DNA of 61,481 bases from Catajapyx aquilonaris (lineage: Eukaryota). A model generated the notes under the pieces. It had not been told where the DNA came from, ran no database searches, and worked only from the letters and a program-made list of their open reading frames with translations. The stretch is from NCBI GenBank assembly GCA_000934665.2, contig KZ537978.1, positions 124,001 to 185,481 of the forward strand. The letters run 5' to 3'. This document shows positions 1 to 13,310 of this stretch, piece after piece. The position numbers and the translations under genes are program-made. The stretch's first letter is position 1; the number at the start of each line of letters is the position of its first letter.

Positions 1-541
1 TTGCTGATTTATCTCGCCAGAGCCGATTACTGCTAAGTAATGGCTTGTTAAAGAGGACTGCACCGAGATGCATGATGGGCCGGATTATCGTTATGTCGAC
101 CAAGTACACGCCTAAGTTGTGCATACCTGGTACGGATTCAAGTGCTACAGTTGAAATTTATTACGGTACTTGGTAACTACCCGCACGGACAAGGATTAGA
201 TTATCAGCTTAAATAATAATTTAAGGAATTATTATGCATGACTCCCCTCATATGGCATTAAAGCAGGCCATGCTTGCCTGCACTGCGCTTACTCTATATG
301 CAGACCCAGGCCTTTCTAAGCCAGAACTATGGCCACTGCACTATAACTAAAGACCGACCCTTTTGCTAAGAAGCTGGTGTCGTATATATGTAGGGGGTAG
401 GGCAATGAAGTATGTTTCGTGCTTGGACGGAATATTACGAGTACCGTATATCTGCAGTACTTATATAATAAAGTTGCTTCCAGTTGACCCCTAGAATTCA
501 GTTTAGAAGTTTCATCGGTTTTTTTTACGATTATTTTATAC

Positions 542-950
542 CAGGGTGTATACGAATAAATCTGCCTGTATGACAAGGGTGGTAGGGGATGCATATGGAA
601 GAAGAATGGCATGGGTCAGAAAGGCCGGCGACGATCCGTTTTGGAGATGTCGACCTTTGACATCGACGATGTGTATCCTGACAAGTGTGGATACCCTCGT
701 GCATGTGTGCATTGTTGGTTGCCAGGGCCAGGCGCTCGCACTCCTAAACCGTTACTTAACCGCCCTGATTCCGGCAAACAGCAACGCAGGCATGTATGGG
801 GGGTATAATAATGGGGGTATACCATAGTTGTCAGGATAGACATTGTCGACGTCAACGTCGCCGCCGGCCTTTCGGACCCATGCCATGCTTCTTCCACATG
901 CATCCCCTACCACCCACATAATTTTGTCAGATTTATTCGCATACACCTTG
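542..950. mobile_element. MITE with long (~140-155 bp) imperfect TIRs and a candidate 10-bp TSD (Mutator-like geometry)
   Basis: The left end CAGGGTGTATACGAATAAATCTG matches the reverse complement of the right end, CAAGGTGTATGCGAATAAATCTG. Arm similarity continues over ~542-698 vs ~813-950 (GGTGGTAGGGGATGCA...GGCATGGGTC.GAAAGGCCGGCG...ATCCTGACAA). Flanks TATTTTATAC (532-541) and TATTTGATAC (951-960) match at 9/10. Confidence 0.85.
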
Positions 951-1146
951 TATTTGATACTTATTTTGTATTTGAAGGACTTACTACTGCAACAACGGAC
1001 TAACCCACATTTTTGCAAAAACGGAGAGTGTTCAAGTATGGGAAAATACATTTAATTTCCACATTGCTGCAAAATCTGCCTCGTATTTTGATACACGTCC
1101 GAAGAGTTTATGCCAAGTTAAAGATCATGAACAAGGAATAATATCC

Positions 1147-1294
1147 CAAGGGAGTAATCACTTCGGTACTCTGGTGTACACCTGCGAGTGGTACTCCTTG
1201 GTACTCCTCAGGTTCCTCACTCTTTATTACTCCTTGGTACTCCTTGAATTTGGCACTCCAGTGTACACTTTTCAGTCGAGTGATTACCCCCTTG
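1147..1294. mobile_element. hAT-type MITE (148 bp) with 8-bp TSD
   Basis: TIR CAAGGGAGTAATCACTT vs rc of right end CAAGGGGGTAATCACTC, with a further inverted GTGTACAC..GAGTG block. Exact direct repeat TAATATCC at 1139-1146 and 1295-1302. An 8-bp TSD with CA..TG ends is characteristic of hAT. Confidence 0.8.
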
Positions 1295-3545
1295 TAATAT
1301 CCATTTCCACCATTACCGATTACGGCTGTGTTGTTGCACACTTCATTTATATTATGCAATTGTTGCAGGCTCAACACAACAACAATAACCATACTTTAGG
1401 ATTTTGCTCTTATATGAACTCCATGTTGCCTCATCTGACGATGTCCCACACTCACGACACTCCTTCATGATGACACCACCTCTCTTACACGTGCCAGAAA
1501 AATGACACCAGTTCCCTTTTGCCAACACCAATTTATTTCCCCACCCCAAAATCAACTATTCATCACCGTCACTATCCCCATACCCCCCAAGAATATCGCA
1601 CAATTCCCAACCCCCAACACAAGAGCAGTAACCGCTTAAAGAAAACCGCCGCTACGTGAGTACACTAAAGAAATAAAAAGGAGCGCCTAGGAAATCCTGC
1701 ATCCGCACAACTCCGTGAGACTAGACAAGCGGAAGTTGCAAAGTCGCAATAACTTAGACAAGATTGGCAGGTAGACTTTGTTGGAAAGAAGGTGAAAAAA
1801 GGGGGGGTGGAAAGAAGAAGAAGGAGACAGAGCGAGAGCTTGCACCGCAGAGAGCGAGAGAATGGAAATCCCCGAGGTGTGATGGTATCCAACCCGCCGT
1901 TATAGAGTCTTGCGGCGGCGGCACGCTGGGCGTGTTAGCCTCCAGCTGAAAGTTTAGGGGGCAGGACTGTCACCGGCTGTCTGGATCCCTGGCAATAAGT
2001 TTGCCAAGGAGGTCGGACGCGTGACGGGTTGGGGAGGGAGTGCACCGTCGCGTCGGGGGGAAAGCTTCATTTTATTCATCGCCCACGATGTTGGGGACCA
2101 ATTTCGGGACTACATACACACAACAACCAAAATTCTAGATTCGAGGGAAGGAATATACATTTTTTTTGTAGGATGCATAATGTGGGCTGTCAACGAGATT
2201 TTTTTTTTTTTTTTTTTGTGGGCGGGGGGGATTGTGATAAGCACCCAAAATGGAGGGGGGTTTGTGAAATGGCGTTGGGTGCGGCGTGGTCTTATGAATA
2301 CATGCGGCCTCGTTGTTGCCCGCCTGAATAACCCAGATTGGTGTAGTGCAGGATATGGGAGTATTATAGAGTAATCGCTTTGTGTACTAATATGATGGTA
2401 TTATGCAGTGGATTTTGCTCGACGTAACTATCAAAAAAATGGATGTTGATCTAAATCTGTGTTCGAGATGTGTTGTATCCAGTGGATAATCATAACCAGC
2501 AGATGATATCAGGCAGAAGTTGGAGTGGAGCGGTGAGGCAAAATGTGGGACCATAACGAGGCTTGAATGTCCGCATGTTCAACCGGCAATTACCGTTGCC
2601 TGGAATGCCCCGCGGTCTTTTGCTCACCTGTGCGATTCTCTGTTGGTATAGTCTCTATAAGCACTCTGTCGCTTGGTGTGTATAGGGATGAAGCCAGAAG
2701 ATGGCGTAAAATGCCGTTGTCAAAGATAATAATTCACTCTGAATTTAATATTTAATGGCCAGGTTTTAGTAGTCAAAGATAAATATAAGCTAAGTGCAGT
2801 TTACTGGGAAAACTGACAAAATGGACATTTCAATACTTGTCATGTGTGTACTGTGCAGTAATAATGGCCGGGAAGATTAAAAAGTCCATTAAAATGGTAT
2901 AGACACACTATGTACGCAAATGTATTATTTTGAACTTGCACAAGTATAGCTTCTATACATATTGTGTACGAAATAAGGAGATTCGCATTAGTGTCCCAAG
3001 CTTACCTCAGGTGCTTAATGTATGACGTCTATGATCTGCGTGCCCCGCATTTGAGACATAACATTAATTTAGTGGCTTTTCCCTAAGCTTCCCTTTCAGC
3101 CTGTTGAATATTCTTGAAACAGGTAAAGGATGAATATACTGTAGGTCTACGCTGCATTTAGGTGCCATGCAGTGAAAAGAAGATGAACAGTAGTTTCTCT
3201 AGACACCTTGGTCTGTATATAGCTGTTACAGTAACATTTTCATGGGTATTTTGACAACCGCGGATACCCATGACATGTCACATGATTAACTACATTGCAA
3301 CAGAATCTAACACTCAGGTGGCGAATAACTAATCGTAGTGGCATGTACGAGTATATATGCGTAGTTTGTGTTTGTATGCTAAGTTTCAAAATATTTGACC
3401 TTAATATTTGTTTAAAAGAATTTTCTGTGCAATTATTCAACATAGCCACGTGATGATGGGGGCACAACTCTAGCTACCACCGAACAAACTCCACGACAAT
3501 GGAAATATTATTCGAACTACTCGTATTGTATCATATTTTTAAAAG

Positions 3546-3547
<2 letters not shown>

Positions 3548-3625
<78 letters not shown>
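3548..3625. repeat. (TA)n microsatellite
   Basis: Uninterrupted TA run read directly from the sequence. Confidence 0.99.
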
Positions 3626-3626
<1 letters not shown>

Positions 3627-5919
3627 GCATATCTTGCACTCTAGCTCCAATATCTTGGGTCACTCCTTGTATTCTTGCCTGTCAAAAAAATTTGCAGGTA
3701 GTGAAGCAAGTAAAGGTCACTTGGTGCAAGGTTTGGACCAGGGTTAGGACTCGATATCGACTTACATAATTATAAACATGATCCCACAGTTCTAAAAATG
3801 TTTCGATCAACTTGGAGTTTGTGTAATGTGGCTGAAGACTGTGCCATCATGTGGCTGTGTTGGCTAATAACTCTGACGCCGAAAGGTACTTACTTTTGGG
3901 ATGGGGTAAAAAATTCCATGCAGTAGCCAGAAATTCAAGTAAATGCTTTCTTCAGGGTAATTCGATTTTCAGCATTCAACAAAGAACAGCTTTTCCCCCA
4001 GTCAACATGCAGAACTAAAAAGCAAGTTTCAGTTACTTCATACAGCATTGTACATTGCAGAAAAAAGAACAACAAAAAAACCCTAACAAGATTTGTTTCG
4101 AAACGAACAGTGGCACGACAGAAATGGGATAGCTAAAAATGGAAGAAAAGTACAGGTCAAAAAAATACCTGTAACACAGTAGTAACAGCAATATAATTAA
4201 CTTAGGCTGTCTGAACATGACACAGGCTGGTACAATATATATTTGAAAAGACTGGCTGCAGACAGAAATCCGTAAAATCTGCAGCGCCTTCCTCCGAGTG
4301 GAACGTCCGGAGAATAAAAGTCATTGTTTTAATTCCATTGTGCCAGAATCTGCCGAATGGCAAAATCTCAGCAGTCGAGCTCTTCCTTGATTTTGTAAGA
4401 CGTAAGGGAAGGGCGTGGCTCACAGAAAAAGGGGGAGGGCAAGGGGAAAAGGGAGAGAACGGGGTAGATATCAGTGAGGAAGGAAGAGAGAAAAATTGGA
4501 AAAAAGGCAGAGGTTGCACCAAAAGCGAGTTCGTGAAAAGTCTGCAGAGATCTTTGACATGAAAATTTCAGCAGCTTGCCACCACCAAACTCCTTCGGAT
4601 GGAGACTTCTCCGCCCCTGTTTTTTCATTGAAAAGTTAGGAAGGGTGCCATTTATTATTTATTCAACTGGGTTGTGTTGACCTGGGAGACCCATGAAAGA
4701 GTTAACCCCTTATTTCAATTCGGTTCCAACTTCTTGATACAAACCTTAAGATTGGATGTATCGATATAAAGGAGTCATATAGCGATGAAAAATATTTATG
4801 CTAATGGGCGAGAAGGGTTTTGCATCCAGCACATTGTTAAAGCTGTGGCATACATCTGTTGAATCTTTAAAGGCATAAACACGCGCATAAATTGAGAGAC
4901 TAGCTGCAGGCAAATCCACCTGCTTGATGAATTTATTAGGCAATGAGTCCCAAACTGCAACACTGGAGTGGATTATGCTAAAACATTCCATAATGCTCTC
5001 GCCGAAGTAAATTAGCCAAAAGTTAAATGAATTCATTAATATTGCAAAATTCCAAGCTGTGTCACCGTCAGGAATTTGTTCCGGTCTTGACAATAATTTA
5101 TTCGCGGGATGTGGTGGTAGTGGGGGGCAGGCAGGCAGGCTTAGTTAACGTTATAAACAATATTCCAACTGACGTCTCTTTTCATTCGACCTGATTCATT
5201 GAAGCTGCAGGATTAGCGCAGGTGAAGTATATTACCCTCCCTGGTCGGCCACAGGGATCTCTTTTGCTACAGGTTGTAATCGAATCAATCAAATTCGGAT
5301 GCATGTGATTAACGTTAATGTTCCAATACGAGTACCCCTTTGCATTATTATAATTGAAACTGCCAATCACGACATGAAATCATTGTTTGAAATAATTGGT
5401 AATTATCGCTGGCAGATATCATTCAACTGCATTAACAAAGGTCCCCTATCCAAACGTTATGATTTACGTGTATGTGGACCATCGACATAACTTGTCGGCA
5501 TTGTTTCATGCAAAATATTGCCCAGCTTTTTCAGTCCAGCAAAAACTTGGTTGGACAACTCCAAGTTGAACATGCTTTGTGCAGTATCGTTCTATAGTAT
5601 AGGTCCAGCCTGTATATTGCCAGCCCTGTACGTACACAGTATATATACGCGCTAGTTGACTCAACTGTCTAGTTTGAACTAAACTTTTTTGATATTGGGG
5701 GATATTAGAGCTTGGAGAACAGCAGTAGGGCCGTGTTCCTCAGCAGAAGTGAGGCTATACGATGGGTCATAAGTGCTCAGGGACCCCAGCCACGCACCAG
5801 CAGCGGCAGAGAATTGTGTCGTCCTCATCAGGTGTAGAGAAACGCGAAAGGAAAACCTAAGGACCCCAAACTTAATTGCCTACTGCATCCTCTGTTTCTC
5901 GACTTTTCTCTCTCCCCCC

Positions 5920-5925
<6 letters not shown>

Positions 5926-5953
<28 letters not shown>
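5926..5953. repeat. (CT)n microsatellite
   Basis: Dinucleotide run read directly. Confidence 0.95.
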
Positions 5954-5956
<3 letters not shown>

Positions 5957-8581
5957 GTCTTCCCCCGCAGCAGCCTTGCTCACTCAATCCACAGACGCCA
6001 TGTTTCGCTTTGCCTCCGCCAATTCATCCAGACTCCGCAATTTCCCCTCAGTGTTGCTAACTGGGTGGGATTTAATGTCTCCTTGGCGGCATTGGAAAAT
6101 AAATGCTAATTTATGGGCGCAATTGTCGCCCCGGCTCCGACTCTCCTAAGTGGCGGAATGCGCCATGGGACTCTATCTACATTTTTTTTTTGGAATGGGG
6201 AGGAATGTGAATTTTTTCGGGATGCAAAATACTATTTTCTACTTCAGAAGAGGCGAGTGAACACGACCGCCAGGGTTGTATTAATGATGTCAATTTCAAC
6301 TTGCTAAATGCGGCCTTTTCAAACTGAGAATTGAAACGGGACTCTTTTTGCTGGCCAACGTTCCATGCAGTGGAATAAATCATGCCTTTGATATAGACGG
6401 AATAATGGGCCGATGTACGCATGTGCAGTAAGAAGAGGTCTTATCGCTGGTAGATTGGTGGCGTGTAAATATGCAGAGCCAGCTCCACGTTCATGTGTCA
6501 GTTTTTGTGGTTGGTCTGCTTGGCCCTACAGGTACGATATAGCCGATGAATGATGTAAAGGGTTTACACATACAACCCCAAAAGCAGCCTGTCACATATC
6601 TGACACTCGTATACATGAGTGAAATTGGTGGCTTGGCTGTGAGAAGAAAATTATGCACTGACGGACCAGAAATATGCCGACAGGTACGATATAATGTACA
6701 AAAAATATGTATCACACGACTAACCATGGCCTTTCGCATGGTTAGCTTGGGCGCCTGTCTGTCACGCTTTTTCATGTCTAGTGTGAAATTCCTTCGGAAT
6801 CGCCGTAGCGTCATAAAGCTGAAGTGACATGACCTCCTTTGATCATAATATTAAGACCCCTTGGACCGTTAACCCACCCACCACCCACCCTCGGAAGTTT
6901 TATCGTTATTGTGGCAATATTAGTCAAACGGGATGGACTTTTAGAGCGCAAGAATGGAGTGCTTTAATGAGATCTCTGCAAAATTTTCCCCAGCTCCCAT
7001 AACCCCCCCTTTTTTGTTCATGGCTCACATATAGTCCTTCCTCTCTTCCGCCCATATAATTGGCTCGCTGAAAATAGGCAAACCGTTCAAAAGGAGCATT
7101 AAAAGCTGCCATTAATTCCGGGGATCTTCTAGAAAATGCGAGCCCTCGATTTGAATGGCGCCGCCACATATTTTACGCCCAATTCTTGTCAACTACACAG
7201 AATTCGCAGGTATAGGAAGGCCGTTCAGGACCCTGAATGAATTGCGGCCATGTTGGGGCTCAATCCTGATTAATAATCATATCCGGGGCGGGCAAAGGGG
7301 AGAAAAGCGTTTTTCCAGATGCTCATCCCCTCCCGGCATCCATCTCGCGCCATAACGAGGCCCCATTATAATGGAAACTGCTGGCAATAATGTTTACCTC
7401 TGCCATCAGGGTTGGCATATTTCAAATCCCAACCTCTCTCCTCAAAAAATTAAATAATAGTAAAATGAAAAATATGCACCCGATGCAAACTTCTGGGGGT
7501 GTGATGTTCAAAAAATAAGTAACGACCCGTGTTGCCCTTCCAAGGCCCGCCGGCTATAGATGCACCATTTAGTGTCGTGAATTCCGCACATAATTAGGAC
7601 AGCTTGATAAATATGTTATATGCCGCTGGCCCTGTGTGCATAGCCTCTGGAGATGTGAAAGAGTGGCATGCCATTGTTTCCATCCTGTAGGATTATTTGG
7701 TTTGGTAAGGAAACTTAGCAATATAGCCCAACTAATTATGCACGACTACAGTGCCTAGATTATACGTACAATGTTACATAGGTAGCGCTGCAGAGAACTA
7801 CTTCTTGATATTTGTATGAAACAGGCCAAGGAAAACGGTACAAAATCTTAGCCAGCAGGATTGGTGACTAGACACGTTAGTTTAACCAGGAATCCCTAGA
7901 ATGAAAGTGTCTTGCCGACTGAACATAATTATGTTACTGCGTTTATTTAGTCATTTTATTATTACGGAATTGCCAAGTCATTTTATATTTAAAAACTTCC
8001 CGAGAATTGATAGAAAACTGTTCCTGCAAGTCCCACGTTCCATTGGTGCACAGAAGAGATACCGTAATTCAAAATATGAAACTGATTGTTTCAAAGGACT
8101 ATTTCATAACTGCTTTTTGTTAAGGTCCTATAAGTTTCCAGGCGAATATTGTCAAACCGATAAACACTGAGCTTCAGGAGCAAAAAGTGATTATTTAATT
8201 ATTTATTTGCTTATCGGCATTCTAGGGCTGATATAATAATCGTATATGAATTATAATAAAGTAATAATCCTTACATTTGTTGTACAAGTACAACCTATAT
8301 AGTGACTGCTGGCTCATGCGCAAACTACTGATAGTCATATCATATACAGTATAGCGCTCTGGCCAAAAAGTACTGCATCGAAGAGGAACTTCAGAAGCGC
8401 AGCCATATACTCCAGTATCAGCTACGGGATACGTCTAAGCACACAGCGTCCTCCTAAATCCGCATCGCATTATGCACGACCTATTAATTTAAATATCAAA
8501 ATATTTTGGTACCACTATACCACAACAAAACCGTATCCCAATGTTTTCCGTTCACCTAGAGGCTAAGTCTGATCCGCTTTT

Positions 8582-8584
<3 letters not shown>

Positions 8585-8644
<60 letters not shown>
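8585..8644. repeat. (TC)n microsatellite
   Basis: Uninterrupted dinucleotide run read directly. Confidence 0.99.
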
Positions 8645-8647
<3 letters not shown>

Positions 8648-9818
8648 CCCCTTGCATAATTGGGATATTTCCTAAGCAAACAGAAGAGAGGGATTGATCA
8701 GGAGGCACAAGGGGCGGAATTTGCATGAAAATCACTCGGCACACACAAACTCCATCAAGCAGTGCGGGGGATTCCCCGCCACCTTTTCCTCGATCAATAT
8801 ACACAGCCCCAGATCGATCAGCCGAAAGAAAGGGGGGTTGGTGAAAGAGGAAGGTGGGTATAGGGTTGGTAAGGTTTTGATTGCATGTGCTTTTCACCCT
8901 TCCAATTTCGACCTGGGTGACACCCTTACCTTAACGGGTCCGAACGTATATATTTTTTTCCCTTTTCACGATCATTGGTTACCATAGCAGTATGAATTTG
9001 GGCAAATGATGGGACTCTCGGGTGGGATCTGTTTCCTGGATATGATTCCCCATAGACGCATCTCGAATGTGGCAGCACTGTGTGAACGATTGCTCAGCCT
9101 GTGAAGCTTGGCAAAAGCGCAGACTAATCAGAGGCGTCGGTAAAGCCGACGGGAGAGACTTAGAGGAGAAACAGCGTCACATTGACTTAAGAAAGGCGGA
9201 AAAGGCAGGCTGTAGATTTAGTGGTGACCGCAACTCAATTTCCAGAATGTCACTTGTAGTCGGCCATGTTTCCGATACTTTTAGGACTGGTGGTGGCTGC
9301 CTGCTGCGACGCACAATGACAGGGCGGTTCCCAGAGATGAAGGATTAACAAAATTCATTACGCCCTGTTTGTTTCCACTGCACAATCCGATAATTGCTAA
9401 TTATAGCGCAGTTGTTCTTGGCCGTAAAGTAAAGGTTATAATTGGCTTTTCGGACTGATGAGTAAACTGGGGATGTAGGGCGGCTTGTTCTGCTCTGCGG
9501 GTTTGGTTTGGGGGGTCCTCCTATCGGCTGACGCCACTTCGGAATTCGCTGCGAGTTTTGGTTTGCCCCAAAAAGCCCGCCCCGACCCTTTTAACAATGC
9601 TCTCTCCCAATTAAACACAGCAACTTTTCTGGCCTTCGTCCATACTGGCACGGTTTGGTGATGCAACTTACCCATCTGACTCGACTAACACGCTCGGACA
9701 AATACAATCACAAATCATATCAGCTGACTCGGGGATATGCGACGATGCCCTCGTTATAAGATTGCGACTGTGTACTGTAAATGGTATGACACCCACACTT
9801 TAATGGTACTGCATTGTT

Positions 9819-10086
9819 ACTGAGGGGAAAGCCATATTGCGCATCGTGGGTTTCCTGAACACTCATGCAAATCACGACTGGGACTATTTCTCGGAGCTGG
9901 GAGTTTCATGCAAGTTTCGTATCGGAGACTAGAAGCTAATATTTATGAGAGAAATACTGTATTAGCTCCTAGTTTCTGATTTGAAACTTACTTGAAACTC
10001 CTAGCTCCCGGGAACTTTCCAAAGCCACGATTTGCATTATGTGTTCAGGAAACCACCTTCAGGCGCGATACGATTATCCCCTCAGT
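9819..10086. mobile_element. Fold-back MITE-like element (~120-bp imperfect inverted arms, ~20-bp spacer)
   Basis: The left arm ACTGAGGGG...GGTTTCCTGAACAC..ATGCAAATC...GGAGCTGGGAGTTTCA...ACTAGAAGCTAATA pairs with the right arm TATTAGCTCCTAGT...TGAAACTCCTAGCTCC...GATTTGCAT..GTGTTCAGGAAACC...CCCCTCAGT. No clear TSD. Confidence 0.8.
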
Positions 10087-13000
10087 TTTGCAGCAACAAT
10101 AAGTCCATGACACACTGGCACGGTTCGGTTGCGCTACCTTTTATCGTTACGTTACTTCTACAGTAATATTCATTGTGGCACATACACCAACATAATCATG
10201 ACCTGACCACATATGCAATTTACATTCTATCCTCTGCCTTCAAAAAGTGTTTACTCATACCTTTTTAAAAATCTCAGAACATCCTTTATTTGGAGTTCTG
10301 GACGCATTTTTTTAACTTTTTCGTTATACATGGCAAGCTAGGCTGAAAATGACCGTTAGTTATCCTGACTGTTCAGGGCCACCCAAGTGCCTCTCTTGTG
10401 TGAATGGGACATCTAGCTGACAGGATAAACCACTTTTGAGCCGTTTATCAGCTATAGGGAAAGTGCTCTGTGCTTCAGGATTTGGGCTGCATTTTCTGCC
10501 ATATTAGGAAGTGAGTTGAGTCGTGCCTACGCCATTACGACCGCGTCTCGAGCGGGCCTGGCCATCTTGTGTAAACGCGCAGGTGTACAGAATAAAATGG
10601 TCTGAAAAATTCAAAATGGGCAAAATAATGCACATTTGTAGTCGCCTAATTAGTGAATTATTACTTCCATTTTAGCAATAACATCGAAGAGCGAAACGCT
10701 AACACACCGCATGGAAAAACTATTTTAATATTACATTATTTGGCATAAACTATCGTTTGATACTACTTATGTGATATCATGTGAATATAAACAGGAGTGT
10801 GTTATACGTTAATCATAATTAAAATTGGCTAGTAATGGACAAGTCTTGTCTAACTCTACACCCTTACAGAATATAAACTCGGCGAAGGGCCAGCCCAAAA
10901 CCTGGTAACTACTGCAGAACATGACGAAGCTCTTCCTGACCAGCACACACCCATTCCAATTACACTAATTGAGCTTCTCGATACTGGAAGTCCAAAGTAA
11001 GTGGTTCTAAGTGGATTCGGCATGGATTGGAGAATAACAAGTGCACACTCCCCTCCTGTTCTTCACAGTTGAAGCTGCCGCTCCAGCGCTCCTTCCATCC
11101 ATCCCCACAAATCCCCGCCATGTTTCAGAATTATGGACTCCTTCCCCCACCGAAAGGTTATTTGTAGAAAATGCATCTCCCCACCACGTCTACCCCTCCA
11201 CCTTCCCCTTCCTTTTGAAATCGCGAATGCATGAGCTCGTTATTTCCCTTCCACCCCAACCAAGCGCCCTTCCGTTTTTTCTATCTTTTTTTCACCCTAT
11301 CCCCCCGCCAGAGGGAGGAAAAGAAGGGGGGAAAAAAGAATGAAACGTCGGCATCGCCAGGCGTCGTCGTCGCCCTCGAGCCGACTTTTGGAGCCCATTA
11401 GAAATTCTAAAGAAGTGAGTGGAAGCCCCTGGCGTCTCATTCTCTTGCAGCTGGATGTCAACCGAGGCCATGTTGGCGAGAGCAGAGCCCTCTGTAAGCC
11501 GCATCGGAGGGAGATATACAAAGCAAAGGCTTCGGATGGCCTGCCTTGCCCGCCTTTTCCACCCACATAAAAGTTTTGCTGGACTTTGCGAGGCTTGGGA
11601 TTAGTGTAGTGGAAGGCCCACACGCTTTTTGGAGGAAAAGCCCTGGCTAGTGGATGGCATGGTCCGAAGGTCGGATCCTGGGGAAATTACGCCTCGGATT
11701 GAAGGGTTGCAGGGCACTTTGTGGCCCGGATGGGATACTAGTGGAAGTCTGCAGGGCACGCTTGTGGTAGTCTGCCTCCAACAACTGAATCAAATGACGG
11801 GCTGAGAAGGAGAAGCCAGAGGGAGAAGGATAGGGTCGAACTTTCCGGGGAATGGAGAGTCAAAGTCGTGTACAGAATCCAAAAGGGGCTGAGGGAAGGA
11901 GAGGCATGCTGTGTGCTCAACAAAAGGTCAACCCAAAATTACCTTTAATCACATTCGCCTACACCCTACAGCCTGCAGGTCAAGTAGCTTGCGTAACCGA
12001 TTGCTGTTGCACTTGTGAATGTCAATAGGCTGTTGTTCACTCAACTCATCATTAGTTATGCAGCGACTGTGCCGGCATACCTGCACATTTTGCGATCAAC
12101 GGGGTGCAAATGCCAATATTTTCATTTTGGCATAGCTGGGTATGTCAACAATGATGATAGCGGCATACGTATAGCAATCAAATTATGACTCTATAAATAA
12201 TACACAATGCGAGTGCTATAATATCATCAAAGCTTGCTCCTTTACACCTTAAAATGATTCATTTCCAGTGGTTATGTATACAAACTACTGCATTCTATAG
12301 TATTTCGGCAGCCAGCAGTTCCCCCGTCATGACAAATGTCTCGATGCTATACTTGGTGTATATAACATTTCCAATGGAACACTTTCCTGTTACCGCGTGA
12401 TTTTGAAGCGCTTCCGACAAGGCTGCAAAAACCAATAATTGAAAGCAGTCTCTTGGACACCCGGAAAGTAGATGTGATATTGACTGATAGCGTGAAATAT
12501 GGAAGCACCCAGAAAGCCTGTCGTGATCTTGACAGCACGTCCCGGAAACTTCACAACGCGACCCTCTCCATTACACTGATTGAGCCTTTCGATACTAGAC
12601 TTCAAAGTAAGTGCTTCTAAGTGCTCCAGCTACCGATTGGTCCTCCAGAAGAAGCAGAAGAGACGGAAAAAAATGTGCATTCCTCTCAGTTCGATTTGAC
12701 ACAAAATGTGTCCCCATCGAGGGACATTTCTGCTGGAGTACATAGCCCATAAAAAGAACTGCCGCCTACCCCCTCCCCCCTTTCTAGGCTGCCATGTCCG
12801 ATTGGCCAAAATAATGATATGAAGGGAAATCCCCATCCCCCGGAGACTCTAAGTGAATTAAACGCGGGCCACAATCCTCCCATCAAGTGACAAATCGCTC
12901 AAGCGCTACATGGCTCTGTAATTACGCATGATAGACCCTTGCAATGTCCGGGACTAAGCAAAACAATTTGCAGATTAGAGTGCTCCGCCATGCACACCCC

Positions 13001-13290
13001 TCTAGCTCTCTTCCAAATGCCCGATCGTGCCTGAAACACAGCCCTAATATTCATGCATATTATAATCCCTCCTATTGTGGCAAAACAAGATAAAGCCTTT
13101 GAAATGAGTCAGAGTGAGGATGCGATAGGGTGCATTGTGTGCAGCGCTTTTGAAGGGGATGTCCATCCCCATCAGGTCCCAAATTTCCCGCCTGGCCTGT
13201 CTCGAATAAAGCAGCTAGGTGAGGCGAGACCATACTAAATATAACAGCATATGAATGGAAGCCTATTGGGTGGGAAAGAGGGAAAAGAGA

Positions 13291-13310
13291 NNNNNNNNNN
13301 NNNNNNNNNN
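13291..13310. other. Assembly gap (20 N)
   Basis: Run of n, flanked by GA-rich sequence. Confidence 1.

Noticed and set aside
1160..1270. GGTACTCC repeats as a CRISPR-like array
   Set aside because: The repeats are too short and irregularly spaced, lie inside a TSD-flanked MITE, and the context is eukaryotic with no cas genes.
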